Of a stretch of 64,000 bases of DNA, positions 26,168-38,047 are shown one piece after another. The notes under the pieces were generated by a model. That model saw only the letters and a list, made by a program, of their open reading frames with translations, did not search any database and was not told the DNA's origin. The DNA is from Podarcis gaigeae (taxonomy: Eukaryota): the NCBI GenBank assembly GCA_964106915.2, contig OZ066923.1. One strand, written 5' to 3'. Every line of letters begins with the position of its first letter. Within the stretch, counting starts at the first letter, position 1. Made by a program: the position numbers and the translations under genes.

Positions 26168-26303
26168 GCAGGATATCTCAGTAGAGCACGAGACTCTTAA
26201 TCTCAGAGTTGTGGGTTCAAGCCCCACCTTGGGCAAAAAGATTCCTGCATTGCAGGGGGTTGGGACCTCGTGGTCCCTTCCAACTTTAGAAATCTATGAC
26301 TCT
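26168..26303 (+). mobile_element. tRNA-Lys(CTT)-derived SINE with CR1-type tail (second copy)
   Basis: GAGACTCTTAATCTCAGAGTTGTGGGTTCAAGCCCCACCTTGGGC, then GATTCCTGCATTGCAGGGGGTTGG...CCCTTCCAAC. Confidence 0.8.
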
Positions 26304-27415
26304 CTCTATAGCATTATCAGAAATGAGAGACAGAAAGGGAAATGTTAGGTGTGAAATTACCTTGGCATTTCAAAAGTCAAACTCCAAATTTTCAATCATT
26401 ACCTTTGAATTCCCAAGTTTACTTTGGGTGGGTGGGACTGAAAAGAGAGGCAGCGTGTTCTCTTTTGAGAAGAGGCTACAGAAGAGTAGACAGCTGCAAT
26501 ATCTCTGTCTGTGGGGATCATACCCTGTATGAAAATGAGGCATATCAACAAAACCAGTCATTTGCGGATATTGTTCCACTGCAACGTGCTCTAATCTCTT
26601 AAGTTAGGTCTAGCTATAAATGTAAACTAAAATATATAAAACAACCCTCCTGGCTACATACATAAGAGCAGATATGCCTATTTTGTTTACTCAGCTATCT
26701 TCCTTGTCTTCTCCCTCCCGCAAATTTCAAGAGTTACAGTTTTACCTAAATAAATCCCACTGTCTGTTCCTTGCCCTTCCGCCCCCACTTCCCATGCAGT
26801 TTAGCAGCTTCAGGAGGAAGACTCCGCTGTCACTAAAAATGTACAGTTGCCATGGCAAAGAGAATTGACATCACTAGAACTTTATTATCTCTCTCTCTCT
26901 CTCCCCCCTTCCTGGCTTATGGAGTGAATTTTAAAATAAAAGGCCCTAAATCAATATTTTCCTTCTTTGCCGTTTCCCTTAAGAAATCAGACAGCTCCTA
27001 AAATGAAAGCATTTGTGCGTGTGCGCGCACGTAGGGTTAAATAAAACATGCAACTGCAGAAAGAAAGGATAAGTCTGGCATTTGGAGCCTCTCTCCAGTT
27101 GTTTGGTAGGATTAAGCTGCAGGTTCCCAGGTGTGAATGTAGCCAGTCTTTGGCAGCTGTTGCCCAAACATGAGGCTGTTCCCTCTTCCACCTGTTTGTG
27201 ACATGATCTCCTCCAATGACTGGTTTTCTTTTCAAGGACTGACCTGCGATTGATGGTACATGCCCAGCAATACCTTATCTTAAAGGAACTTGTACACACA
27301 AATTCTTGAGAACCAAAGTCCTTAAAGACACCTAAAGCTGAGCGTACAAAATCAGATGGCAATTTTGAAAAGGTAGCCCTATATTTCAGCAGATCTTCAA
27401 CAGTGCTGTAGTGGT

Positions 27416-27775
27416 AGGGATGGACAAATCCATCAGCTTAAGTTTCTCTCCCTTTCTCATTTTTCCAGTAGTTAGTATTCCACATCTCCACATCAGTTGC
27501 TTAAAAATAAAAAAGCCCTCTTGAAAATTCACCAGCATTTTAGTGCAAAATTCTCCAGTTATACACATTTTTGCAAAGCAATTATCCATAATATAATGCA
27601 TTGTTTAATGTTATGTATGCATGCATGTATAAGCACACTTTACCCAGGTATGTGCGTTTTACTTGGCTGGAGAAAACACTGCAAAATTCAGATAAGTTTG
27701 AATTTTGAAGGATGGCTGTGTTTTGGCTCACATATTGCTTATTAGTTGGGTTCAGCTTTAAAGGTGAACTGAATG
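27416..27775 (+). mobile_element. Old non-autonomous DNA transposon (TAGGGATG end; probably hAT)
   Basis: Homologous in inverted orientation to ~57300-57735 (GAAAATTCACCAGCATTTTAGTG vs CACTAAAATGCTGAAGAATTTTC). Confidence 0.55.
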
Positions 27776-27879
27776 TTCATAATTTCAGTTGTTTATTTCA
27801 TAAAATGCATACACCCCTCAAAGCAGTTTAGAAAAAGAATCAAACAATAAAATAATCTGCAAAACCAATCAATTCAAAT

Positions 27880-28132
27880 CAAGGTTACAGGGAACCAGAC
27901 AGAGGGCCTTCTCAGTAGTGGTGCCCGCCCTGTGGAGCACCCTCCCTTCAGATGTGTAGGAAATAAGCAGCTATCCTATATTTAAAAGACATCTGAAGGC
28001 AGCCCTGTTCAGGGAAATTTTTAATATCTAACGCTGTACTGTTTTTAGCACTTGATTGGGAGCCGCCCAGCGTGGCTGGGGAAACTCAGCCAGATGTGCG
28101 GGGTATAAATAATAAATTATTATTATTATTAT
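27880..28132 (+). mobile_element. L2-like LINE 3' end
   Basis: Same family as 32958 and 62563; ends GGGTATAAATAATAAA(TTA)n. Confidence 0.85.
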
Positions 28133-28457
28133 ATATTATTATATAATTTGCCTAAATTGAATCCCCCTCCCCATCCCTATGTAGTGATAAATTATGAAGT
28201 GCAGGAGCTCATCGCAGCAGCTTCCTTAGCCACTCTGACCCCAAGGGAGTGCAAAACGTCAAGCTGCAATTATTACCCCCACCCATCTAAAAGAACAGCA
28301 GTACACCGGCTATCCTCTTGGTTGGATTATTGGGATGTCAGTCCTAGGTATAGTTTCCACTGGATTCAGTGGTGCTTGCTTTTGATGGCATAGGTTCAAT
28401 AGGTAAAATACACTGAGCTTTAACAAAAGACCTTCAGCCAGTCAATTTTTTAAATTA

Positions 28458-29253
28458 CATTTAGTTGCGTGGCGATTCCCGCCCCTCCCCCCACAGATGT
28501 AATAAATAAAGACACTGGACACCAGAAATTTAGGTTAATGGGCGAAAAATGGCCACAACTTTATTGATTACAGGTAAGAGCGGTATTGGCTTTAGGCATT
28601 GGCCCTATCAGACTATCCGGCATAGAACCGGGAAGGGTTAAGCACCAACAGGGGGAGCCCCCAAGATGCACATTCCTAGGCGCTCCCCGAGGGGTTACCG
28701 CTCGGGAGCGCGCTTTAGGCCCTAGCCTCCATAGGTTTCGGATGAGGCGACGCCCCCCCCCCCGGAGTCCTTTATCAGACTGTCCTTCAACATTTGGGGG
28801 AGGTGATGGCACTCCTCCCCTACCAACTCATTTGCATAATAATACCCCTGCCAATGCCTAACCGCCAAGACCAAAGGTGGTGTGACGTTTTGCTACGAGG
28901 TAGCTGAAAAAACCAAGTGGCTTCCAAAATAATGCCAATTAGCCAAGTGGAAAAACTCCTACCAGGCCCATTGCGGCGACCAACCGAAGTCCATAGCAAA
29001 GTCCAAATGAAAGCCTAGAGGGTGGGTGGGTGGGTGGGTAACCACAGCTGGCTGAAAGAAATAAAGGGGGCGAGCACGGGCTGCCCCGACCTTAAATGAA
29101 CTATCCTAAGCCCACCCCTTCCACCAGCTGATTGGCTGGTGCGGGGAATGATGAATCCCGGGATTCCCAAGTTCCATGGGGCTGCAGCCAGCCCCGCGCA
29201 GACGTAGGTGGGGTGTGAGCCCGCAACCCCCCCTTAAGTTGGGAGTGGCTCTG
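28458..29253 (-). mobile_element. Unclassified CpG-rich LTR-like element (~800 bp)
   Basis: Abrupt CpG-rich block flanked by TAAATTA (28451-28457, 29254-29260). The - strand has CCAAT (~29131-29135), TATA-like ATTTAAG (~29091-29097) and AATAAA (28560-28565). Homologous to 62962-63190. Confidence 0.6.
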
Positions 29254-30932
29254 TAAATTAGAACTGCTAACAATCTTGCAAAGAAGTGCTAGCACAAAGG
29301 AGGAACCCCATCAAAGAAAAGGAAAAGAGTACCCAGCCTCTGCTTGGTTGTTTTCTTCTTTGTCTGACTTCCTCTATGTTAACATGCCGCAAACAAACAT
29401 GAAAGCTTCATTATCACATCATTGACTTGCCAGAGCAAGGAAGGACTGTCAGTTATCAAAGCACCTTGGCAGATGATGTCATCACTCTTGCTCCGAAAGA
29501 ATTCCTGGAGCTGCACTCTTCATGCATCCCCTCCTCACTACATCACTGATCACCAGTTCAGGAGAGAGACCGATTCCAAACCTAGGAAGAGCACCTCCAA
29601 ATGTACAGGTTACATTTTACCTTCCATTTGGCTTCATTTGGTTTTTGCTGCTTGCAAACATAAGAATTTGTTCTCCCTTTGGGATGCCTGTCTTGGCATT
29701 TGGTATGAGATATTAATGTATCTCTGCTAATGTGGAATGCATGATTCATGCTACCCACACTGAGTCACCAGCTAGCTGAACTGTCAGGGTGCCTAATCTT
29801 ATTTCAGGTGAAACTCACCCATGTGTCGGGTTAAGATGCTTACTTTGCCTGTCTCGATGGGGGTGCCACCACTGACTATATAAGGTAGAGTATAATCTCT
29901 GCCGAAAAGACATTTTCCAGACCAGAAAGAATAATTATATGTTACCTGTTCTGGTGTCTGTGTCATATGTGCCAGTTTTTTGAAAATCCAGGAAACCCTT
30001 CTTTCTGACCTAGAAGACCTCTCCTGTACTCATTGTCCCCACTACTTCACACACATTAGCGGTTAAGATCAGCGGGCCAGTGCTTTAATGTCTGCATGCA
30101 TTCTAATCATAGTCCTCTGTGCATGCTAAAGTCAAGAGCACTCAGGTTGCATTATTTTTGCCTGGTTTTACAGCTAAACTGTAGACTGAAACATTATTAT
30201 ATTCCATCAGTTCTAATCTATGCTTCCTTTGTCTTGCTTGCTGGCAGAATAGGGCAGCCCAGCTTTTCATAACAAGTGGGCCGCAAATGTATTTCAGCAT
30301 GGAACCCGCAGGCTGCACACTACCTTATTGGGCGGCAAGGCCAAAATTTGATGCTCCCACCAACCCAGCCCTTATGCTACCTTACCAAAGCTGGCTATGC
30401 AAGGCACCGGGTTTTGAGAAGGAAGAATGAGGCTCTGACCAGGTCCTAGAGCCTTCCCATCTCCTTCCCAAAGCTGGGAAAGTGCTAACAAGGCTTTGGG
30501 AATGAGGGAGGAGGACTCTAGGACCCAGTCAGAGCCCTCATGCCTCCTCCCCAAAGCCCAGGTCTCCCTTACCCAGCTTTGGGAAGGCAGTTTGAGGCCT
30601 GCAGGGGCCGTCAAATGTTGCTGAGGGCTGCCAAAAAATGGGAGGGCCACATGTGGCTCTTGGGTTGCATGTTGGACCACTCTGTGGCAGAACATAAGAA
30701 GGGCCTGCTGGATCAGGTGAATGGCCCATCTAGTCCAGCATCCTGCTCTCATAGTGGCCAACCAGGTACCTGTGGGAAGCCTGCAAGCAGGACATGAGAG
30801 CGGCAGCACTTTGCTCACCTGCGATTCCCAGCAACTCCCCGTGGAGGTAAAACATAGCCATTGTGACTAGTAGCCATTGATAGCGTAAACCACAAGCTGG
30901 CTTTTCAGGACTGTAATGTAAACACTGCTGTT

Positions 30933-31460
30933 GTTGTTGTTTAGTCGTTTAGTCGTGTCCGACTCTTCGTGACCTCATGGACCAGAGCACGCCAGGCACT
31001 CCTGTCTTCCACTGCCTCCCGCAGTTTGGTCAAACTCATGCTGGTAGCTTCGAGAACACTGTCCAACCATCTCGTCCTCTGTCGTTCCCTTCTCCTTGTG
31101 TCCTCCATCTTTCCCAACATCAGGGTCTTTTCCAGGGAGTCTTCTCTTCTCATGAGGTGGCCAAAGTACTGGAGCCTTAGCTTCAGGATCTGTCCTTCCG
31201 GTGAGCACTCAGGGCTGATTTCCTTAAGAATGGATAGGTTCGATCTTCTTGCAGTCCATGGGACCCTCAAGAGCCTCCTCCAGCACCATAATTCAAAAGC
31301 ATCAATTCTTCGGCGATCCGCCTTCTTTATGGTCCAGCTCTCACTTCCATACATCACTAAAAGGTCATAGTGGAGAGTTTTGACCAAACGTGATCCACCT
31401 GGAGTAGGAACCAGCAAGCCACTCCAGTATCCCTGCCAAGAAAATTCCATGGACAAAGAC
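30933..31460 (-). mobile_element. BovB (RTE) LINE, 3' end fused to an inverted 5'-UTR segment
   Basis: MYGSESWTIKKADRRRIDAFELWCWRRLLRVPW...WRALVHEVTKSRTRLND on the - strand, (CAA)n tail, 13-bp TSD AAACACTGCTGTT (30920-30932, 31461-31473). Confidence 0.93.
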
Positions 31461-32957
31461 AAACACTGCTGTTAGAGAATTAATATTTCATATTCACAGC
31501 CTTCTGAATACCAACTCCTTCCAATGTTAGGCTTCATAGGGACTGCTGAACTACAGCTGATAAGTTTGATAACCCATTTCCTGTTGTTCGCTAAAACTGG
31601 GGTTAGGAAGCACTCATGTTTCTCATATAACTTGTGGTGTTGTGCTCTAGTTCCTTGAGTCATCTGAGTACGTGTTACTGATCCCCTTACTGTCAGTGAA
31701 CAGGCACCTCTGACATTGGTCTGCCCTAGCCCTTCTTGTTCTCTACTTCTGATACACTATAATTTTGGTGATCATAGGCTGTAATTTATTTAAGTTTGTA
31801 CTTAATTGCATCCAACCGCATACGTGTGTTAACCATAGTCTTTATCAACCCTGCCCTTTTGTCTTGTTGCTTTCCCCTTTGTCTACTTTTTCAATTGCAA
31901 GCTTTTATCAGTGATCTGTGTTATTTAAAACTTTAAAATGTGTTAATTAAAGGTACAATAGGAAGATGAAGATGAGAGCAAGTACAATAAAACAATACTA
32001 ATATAGGGAGTGATCTAGCCAAAATTAAGCCCTGCAAGTCCTCATTCTTCAGTTTCCTCCATTGCAATCAATGAGACTTAGAAGTACTTAAATCTAGCCT
32101 GATTTAATTTCAACCAAACAATAATTCACATCTATGGTTTGATTTCTTTTACAACTAAATTTGTATATTAAGAAATTATTAGATCAAGGGCAGCAATTAA
32201 GTGTTTTCAGGGGGGAAATCTGATTAACCGAAAAATGTGTCTAATCTACAACATGCTTTTGAGCCTTCATTCTAGAATGAATCAGGAGAAGACATGACAA
32301 ACAGTGGGCAAGATCTTGGTAAACCTGTCTGTTCCATTTGGGGCCAGATTGGATAAAAACATTCCCCACTGATCCAGCATATTGCACGGACGGGAGCATG
32401 AGCATGCCTGCCCTCTCCACCTCAGCACTCCCTGTAGGGACGGCATGTTCAAATGCATCCTGTATTTGAGATCCAATGCACTCAGGCCAAAATTATGTGG
32501 CGACTTTCTAATCCTGCCCGCCAAGGAGATCAGTCATGAAGTTTTGACCGATGCATATTATATTTCATCTTATTTATTAGTCGCTGTACAAAAAAGGTTA
32601 TCAGCATGTGTATCATATTTTGATATGCTGTCCCCATGTGGATCACCAGGGTCAATGGAGTTACGATTGGAGTGCCAGTGTACTCGTGCTCGGATGCCAT
32701 TCATTCATTCATTCAGTTTATGAGCCCTAAATAACAAGACCTTCGAGTGATGAACAAAGTAATCTATGCAGCGGGCTAGACTGGGATGTGAGCATTTTCC
32801 AGTCTGGCCTTTTGGCGTATCTAAGGAGCGTATCTAAAGTACAAAAATAGTGAACAAATACAGAATAGTCTCTCTAGCCAAAAGTAGCTTTTAATTCCCC
32901 CCCCCCGAAAACTGACAGGACCCCTGCCCATGCTCTGCCTTGGGAGATTTCCTTTCC

Positions 32958-33941
32958 ACATAACACCAGTCTTGAAAGACCTACATTGGCTCCCAGTACA
33001 TTTCTGAGCACAATTCAAAGTGTTGGTGCTGACCTTTAAAGCCCTAAACAGCCTCGGTCCAGTATACCTAAAGGAGCGTCTCCACCCCCATTATTCTGCC
33101 TGGATACTGAGGTACAACACCAAGGGCCTTCTGGTGGTTCCCTCGCTGCGAGAAGCCAAGTTACAGGGAACCGGGCAGAGGGCCCTCTCAGTAGTGGCAC
33201 CCGCCCTGTGGAACGCCCTCCCATCAGATGTCAAAGAGAAAAACAACTACCAGTCTTTTAGAAGACATCTGAAGGCAGCCCTGTTTATGTTTTAATGTTT
33301 AACAGACTATTGTACTTTAATATTTTGTTGGAAGCTGCCCAGAGTGGCTGGGGAAACCCAGCCAGATGGTAAAGGTAAAGGTACCCCTGCCCGTACGGGC
33401 CAGTCTTGACAAACTCTGGGGTTGTGCGCCCATCTCACTTAAGAGGCCAGGGGCCAGCGCTGTCTGGAGACACTTCCGGGTCACGTGGCCAGCGTGACAT
33501 CGCTGCTCTGGCGAGCCAGAGCCGCACACGGAAACGCCGTTTACCTTCCCGCTGGTAAGCCCTCCCTATTTATCTACTTGCACCCGGAGGTGCTTTTGAA
33601 CTGCTAGGTTGGCAGGCGCTGGGACCGAGCAGCGGGAGCGCACCCCGCCGCAGGGATTCGAACCGCCAACCTTTCGATCGGCAAGTCCTAGGCGCTGAGG
33701 CTTTAACCCACAGCGCCACCTGCGTCCCAGTCTTTTAGAAGACATCTGAAGGCAGCCCTGTTTATGTTTTAATGTTTAACAGACTATTGTACTTTAATAT
33801 TTTGTTGGAAGCTGCCCAGAGTGGCTGGGGAAACCCAGCCAGATGGGCAGGGTATAAATAATAATATGTTGTTGTTGTTGTTGTTGTTGTAGATGGGCGG
33901 GGTATAAATAATAAATAGTTGTTGTTGTTGTTGTTGTTGTT
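32958..33941 (+). mobile_element. L2-like LINE 3' portion interrupted by a Sauria SINE
   Basis: ITPVLKDLHWLPV..AQFKVLVLTFKALNSLGPVYLKERL...RALSVVAPALWNALP, typical of the L2 ORF2 end. Confidence 0.88.
33368..33728 (-). mobile_element. Sauria SINE (distinct subfamily) with ~116-120 bp TSD
   Basis: Full head-to-tail copy; identical flanks 33250-33369 and 33727-33846. Confidence 0.93.
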
Positions 33942-35038
33942 ATCTATCCGCCATTCTGTAGTTTAAGGAAAAATTGTTCCAGATTAACATCACATCGGTA
34001 TATTGCACTAATTTTATTTATTTTAGTTCATAAGATAAATAAGAATAGCTTCCCAATGTGTTGGGCTTGTTTAGTAGCTGTGGAATTCTAGAATAGAACC
34101 AATATACCAAGAATATCTCAAACAATTGTGTCTTGACCCCTTAATATTTTTTGTTAACATACAAACATGACATACGAATAACTCTGCATGGATTAATTTA
34201 ATATATGGTTATCGCTGCAAGAGCATGTTCTGCAAAGTGCAGAAGAGAATTGCCTATTCTGTCATTGGGAAAAGAAATTATACGGCCAATGCTGTGATGT
34301 CAAAACACTGGAGTGAAAGAAGGAAGGCCAAATTTCCTAAGAATTTGACATGTTTGTTAAATTAATTACTGACAAAACAAAACTCACCCTTCTGTTAATG
34401 TGAAACGTACATTTAATGTAATTTGTCTCATTATCCTTAATTAATGAAATGTAAAAGACATACACCCACAATCTAAAAGAAGTCTGTTTGGAAAATGCCC
34501 ACGGTATCATTTCTTTGACAGAGGTTTGCAAGAATAGAGCAATAGGGGATAGTCAAAGCTTGACAGTTATAAAGAATCATTGATGTCATGTTTTTCAGCA
34601 CGGAACACTTAAGTATATTTTCACAACAATAAATTAGAAGTCGCATATTGGCATGGAGTGCTCAGATGCTTAAGAGGGTCACAAACCACACACCAAATTC
34701 GCCCAACGCTTTCAGCCTCACACTTGCAGGCTGCCGTGCTATACCCTCTGACCTGAGATTAAGTGTTGGATTGCACTCTGCCAGTCACTTAATACCACTT
34801 GGAATATTTGAACACGAGTTGCTGGAAGCTGTGGGAGGGGAGAGTGCTCTTGGGCTGAAATCCTGCTTGGGAGTTTCCTATAGGTTGACTCTCATCTGAA
34901 TTCTGTGCATGTTCAGCTGGAAGTAAGTTAGGAACAGAGGAAGCTGCCTTATATGAGTCAAACCACTGGTCCATCTCAATGGGTATTTATATTGTCTACA
35001 GCTCTGGTCTTCAGCTGGGGGGTCAGGACCCTCTAGTG

Positions 35039-35176
35039 CATCGGTTCTCAACCTGTGGGTCCCCAGATATTGATGGACTACAACTCCCATCATCCCTGAG
35101 CTCTGGCCTTGCTAGCTAGGGGAGATGGGAGTTGTAGTTCAACAACATCTGGGGACCCACAGGTTGAGAAAGGCTG
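35039..35176. mobile_element. hAT-type hairpin MITE (138 bp)
   Basis: Long imperfect inverted arms, 8-bp TSD CTCTAGTG (35031-35038, 35177-35184). Confidence 0.9.
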
Positions 35177-37793
35177 CTCTAGTGGGCTGCTGATTCAAGG
35201 TGGCTTGCGACAGGAGAATAACCATCATGCAAATATATAGTAAAAGATTGAGAAGTGGGTCCTCAAATGCATGGCGTTTGAAAGCAGATCCTGAATTTGA
35301 AAAAGTTGAAGATCCCTGGTCAGTACTGACTAGCAGTAGCTTTCCAGGATTTCAGACAGGGCAAATTCCCAGCCCTACCTGGAGATGCCAAGGATGGAAC
35401 CTGGGACCTTTGGGCAAAACAGACTACCACTGAGCCACAGACCTGAGTTCAGTAGGTCTTACTCGCAAATAAGTGTTCAATAAGGATTGCAACCCGTTAT
35501 TTTTAAAACTGGGCTTTGCAGGATGCCAGCATCAATTTTCGGAAACCAAGGCAGCATTTAGGCACCTGACTTCTTTTATCTTTCAAAGAACTGTCTGGGT
35601 TGCCAGAGTTCTTTTGTTTTTGGTGTGTGTTTTTCCCCTTTTAGAAATCCGTCTCAGCTCAAACACCGGAGCGGCCACCCCACTCCACCCCTGAGAGCTG
35701 TGCAATCCACACTAAGTCAGTCGCCACTTGGAGTGACTTGCTTATGCCTCCGCACATTAGCTTCAAAGCATCGCTGCCACTCTTAATGGAGTCTGGCATT
35801 TCCCTTCTATGCTTTGGGAGAAATCTAAACAGAACAGGGGTGTGAAATAAGTTCTGGGCATCGAGGGATGGGTGTCGAGAAATAAACAAATCCCTGATTA
35901 AATAAAAAAAAACCTACTTACTCAATTAAGCTATTCACTACTTGGGGTGTTGAGCTTCTCAGCTTCAGGACTGAACACTAAAGTAACTGTGTAATTAGTA
36001 ATTAATTTTTCACTCCCAGAAGATATGTCTTATTCAGTGCTAGGAGAAGAAACAGAGTAAAGAAGAAAGGGGGGAAGAACACCCTCTGTTGGTAAGAAAG
36101 AAAGCTGGAAGGGCCGAAATTACACCCTGTCTCCTGGCTCTGATGTCTTCAGAAAGCTATATTCAGAGCAGCAGCTTGGGAATGAGGGTAGGCAGGGACC
36201 TTAATGAGGCCTGCTGCCAGCCCTGTGATTAGAGCACTCCACCAAGGGTGCTTCTGCAACTCCTTGGCTGCAGAAGAGAGTGGTAATGAGAGCAGAGCTA
36301 GACAGGTGGGGTAGCTGAATTGGGAGAAGAAATGGACTGGGGGAGAGGGGGAGAGTTGAGTGCAACAGAAATGTGTTGGTCAGGCCAAGATAGGCATGAA
36401 CAAGTCAGTGGAGGATAAATTTAGGAAGGACTGAAGATCACATATGCCAGCTGTGATCTCTCCAAGTGGAAGCCCAAGTCAATTTATAAGTCACTAGCCA
36501 TCTCATGCCTGACATTGCTCAATAATCCTAAGAAACCCCCAAATCAGTTTGAAATCAGTGGTTAAATCGGTGCAGCTTTGAAATGTTTAGTTTGCCATCT
36601 TGATTCAGAATTGTGTCCAAATGTAGACGGAAATCTGCTGCTTGGTTTCAGGAACCACCACACAAAATTTGGTTCTATTTTAAGAGGTGTCCAAATACAT
36701 AGGAAACAGAAAACTTTCCAAAATATATAGGCTAAGTTGCGCTTTAAATCGTGCTCAGAAAAAGAACAACAGCCAGTGGGCATGCTAGCACAGATCAGCC
36801 ACATTCCTTTCCCTGCCTGTGAGAGGTCAACATGATTAACACTGTGAAATGGCCAACATGATTAACACAGGCAATCATGTGAGAGCCTTATCTATTTGAG
36901 AGGTAGGGACCTGTGTTCTGCTGCACTTGTGGTGTCAAGCTTAGGCACGGTTTGAGTAGATGTTGTTCCCAATCTGGAGCCTGGAACTGGTTTCTGAGGC
37001 CCTGGACCAGTCTCTGGTTGTTACTTCCAGGGCTCTTTGCCTCTTTTGGTTTGCAGATGAGCCGTGGTGCACACTTTTCATAACAAGGTCTGATGGCGTG
37101 TGTCTTGTGTGACACTCACCACCCACTTAAGCAATTTAGCCGCTTGTTTGCTCTCTTGCCCGCCCTTCTCTTGCTCCGCCGTGTCATTGCCATTAGCACT
37201 AATGGGGCACACTAACCAGACAGCAAAGGACTCTTAAGGGGATGGCAGGCTGGGAAGTTTAAGCTGCTTCTGCGTTCCTCCCCCACCCACCCTTTTATTA
37301 TTGGAGCGGCCATCAGATTAGTTTGCAGGGCTTGGGCCTAGGATGGTTGTTTTCTTTCCTCGGGTAAAGATTTCCCTAAGCGATGAGAATGAAGAAGAAG
37401 AATAGTTGCTAAAATTGCAGATACATATGGCTGTTGTTTTTTTAATGTCCTTAGATGCTAGAGGGCAGGTGAAGCATATGCTAGAAAACAAAAAGGAGCA
37501 CAGCAGGAAAGGAGAGGGAGCAGGGTGATGCCCAAGGTCAGCAGACACAGCAGCTGCGCTTATAGTCACGCTAGCGCCAAGTGAGCACCCATAGAGCAAT
37601 CCTTGGGCTTGCAATGAAAAAGGCACATGACGTTATCTACCCCAGTATCCTGATTGGCAGCAGCCCTCCAAGGGTTCAGCCAGAGGGTTTGTTTTAATTC
37701 CACTCCTGTTACGTGAAGGTTTTTGTTTGTTCTCAAGAGGAGATAGGAGGAATTGAACCCGTCAATTGAAGGCTGTTTTGCAGTTCTACGTTC

Positions 37794-38047
37794 TCCCACT
37801 CTTCCGCTCTTCCTCAGTAGCATCTTGGACGCCTTCCGGCCTAAGGGGCTCATCTTTCAGTTTTCTTGGAGTTTTCTTGGCAGGGATACTGGAGTGGCTT
37901 GCCGGTTCCTGCTCCAGGTGGATCACATTTGGCTAAAACTCTCCACTATGACCTGTCTATCTTGGGTGGCCCTGCATGGCATAGCTCATAGTTTCTCTGA
38001 GTTATTCAAGCCCCTTCACCACGGCAAGGCAGTGATCCATGAAGGGG
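37794..38047 (-). mobile_element. BovB 5'-end-only fragment with 92-bp flanking direct repeats
   Basis: The - strand reads ATGGATCACTGCCTTGCCGTGGTGAAGGGGCTTGAATAACTC...GCAGGGCCACCCAAGA...GCAAGCCACTCCAGTATCCCTGCCAAGAAAAC, matching the recalled BovB 5' end. Confidence 0.85.

Noticed and set aside
30941-31462. 173-aa ORF as a novel protein
   Set aside because: Chimera of antisense BovB 5'-UTR and the BovB ORF C-terminus; transposon-derived.
34595-34615. RE1 half-site TTCAGCAC
   Set aside because: The right half-site is missing at the required spacing.
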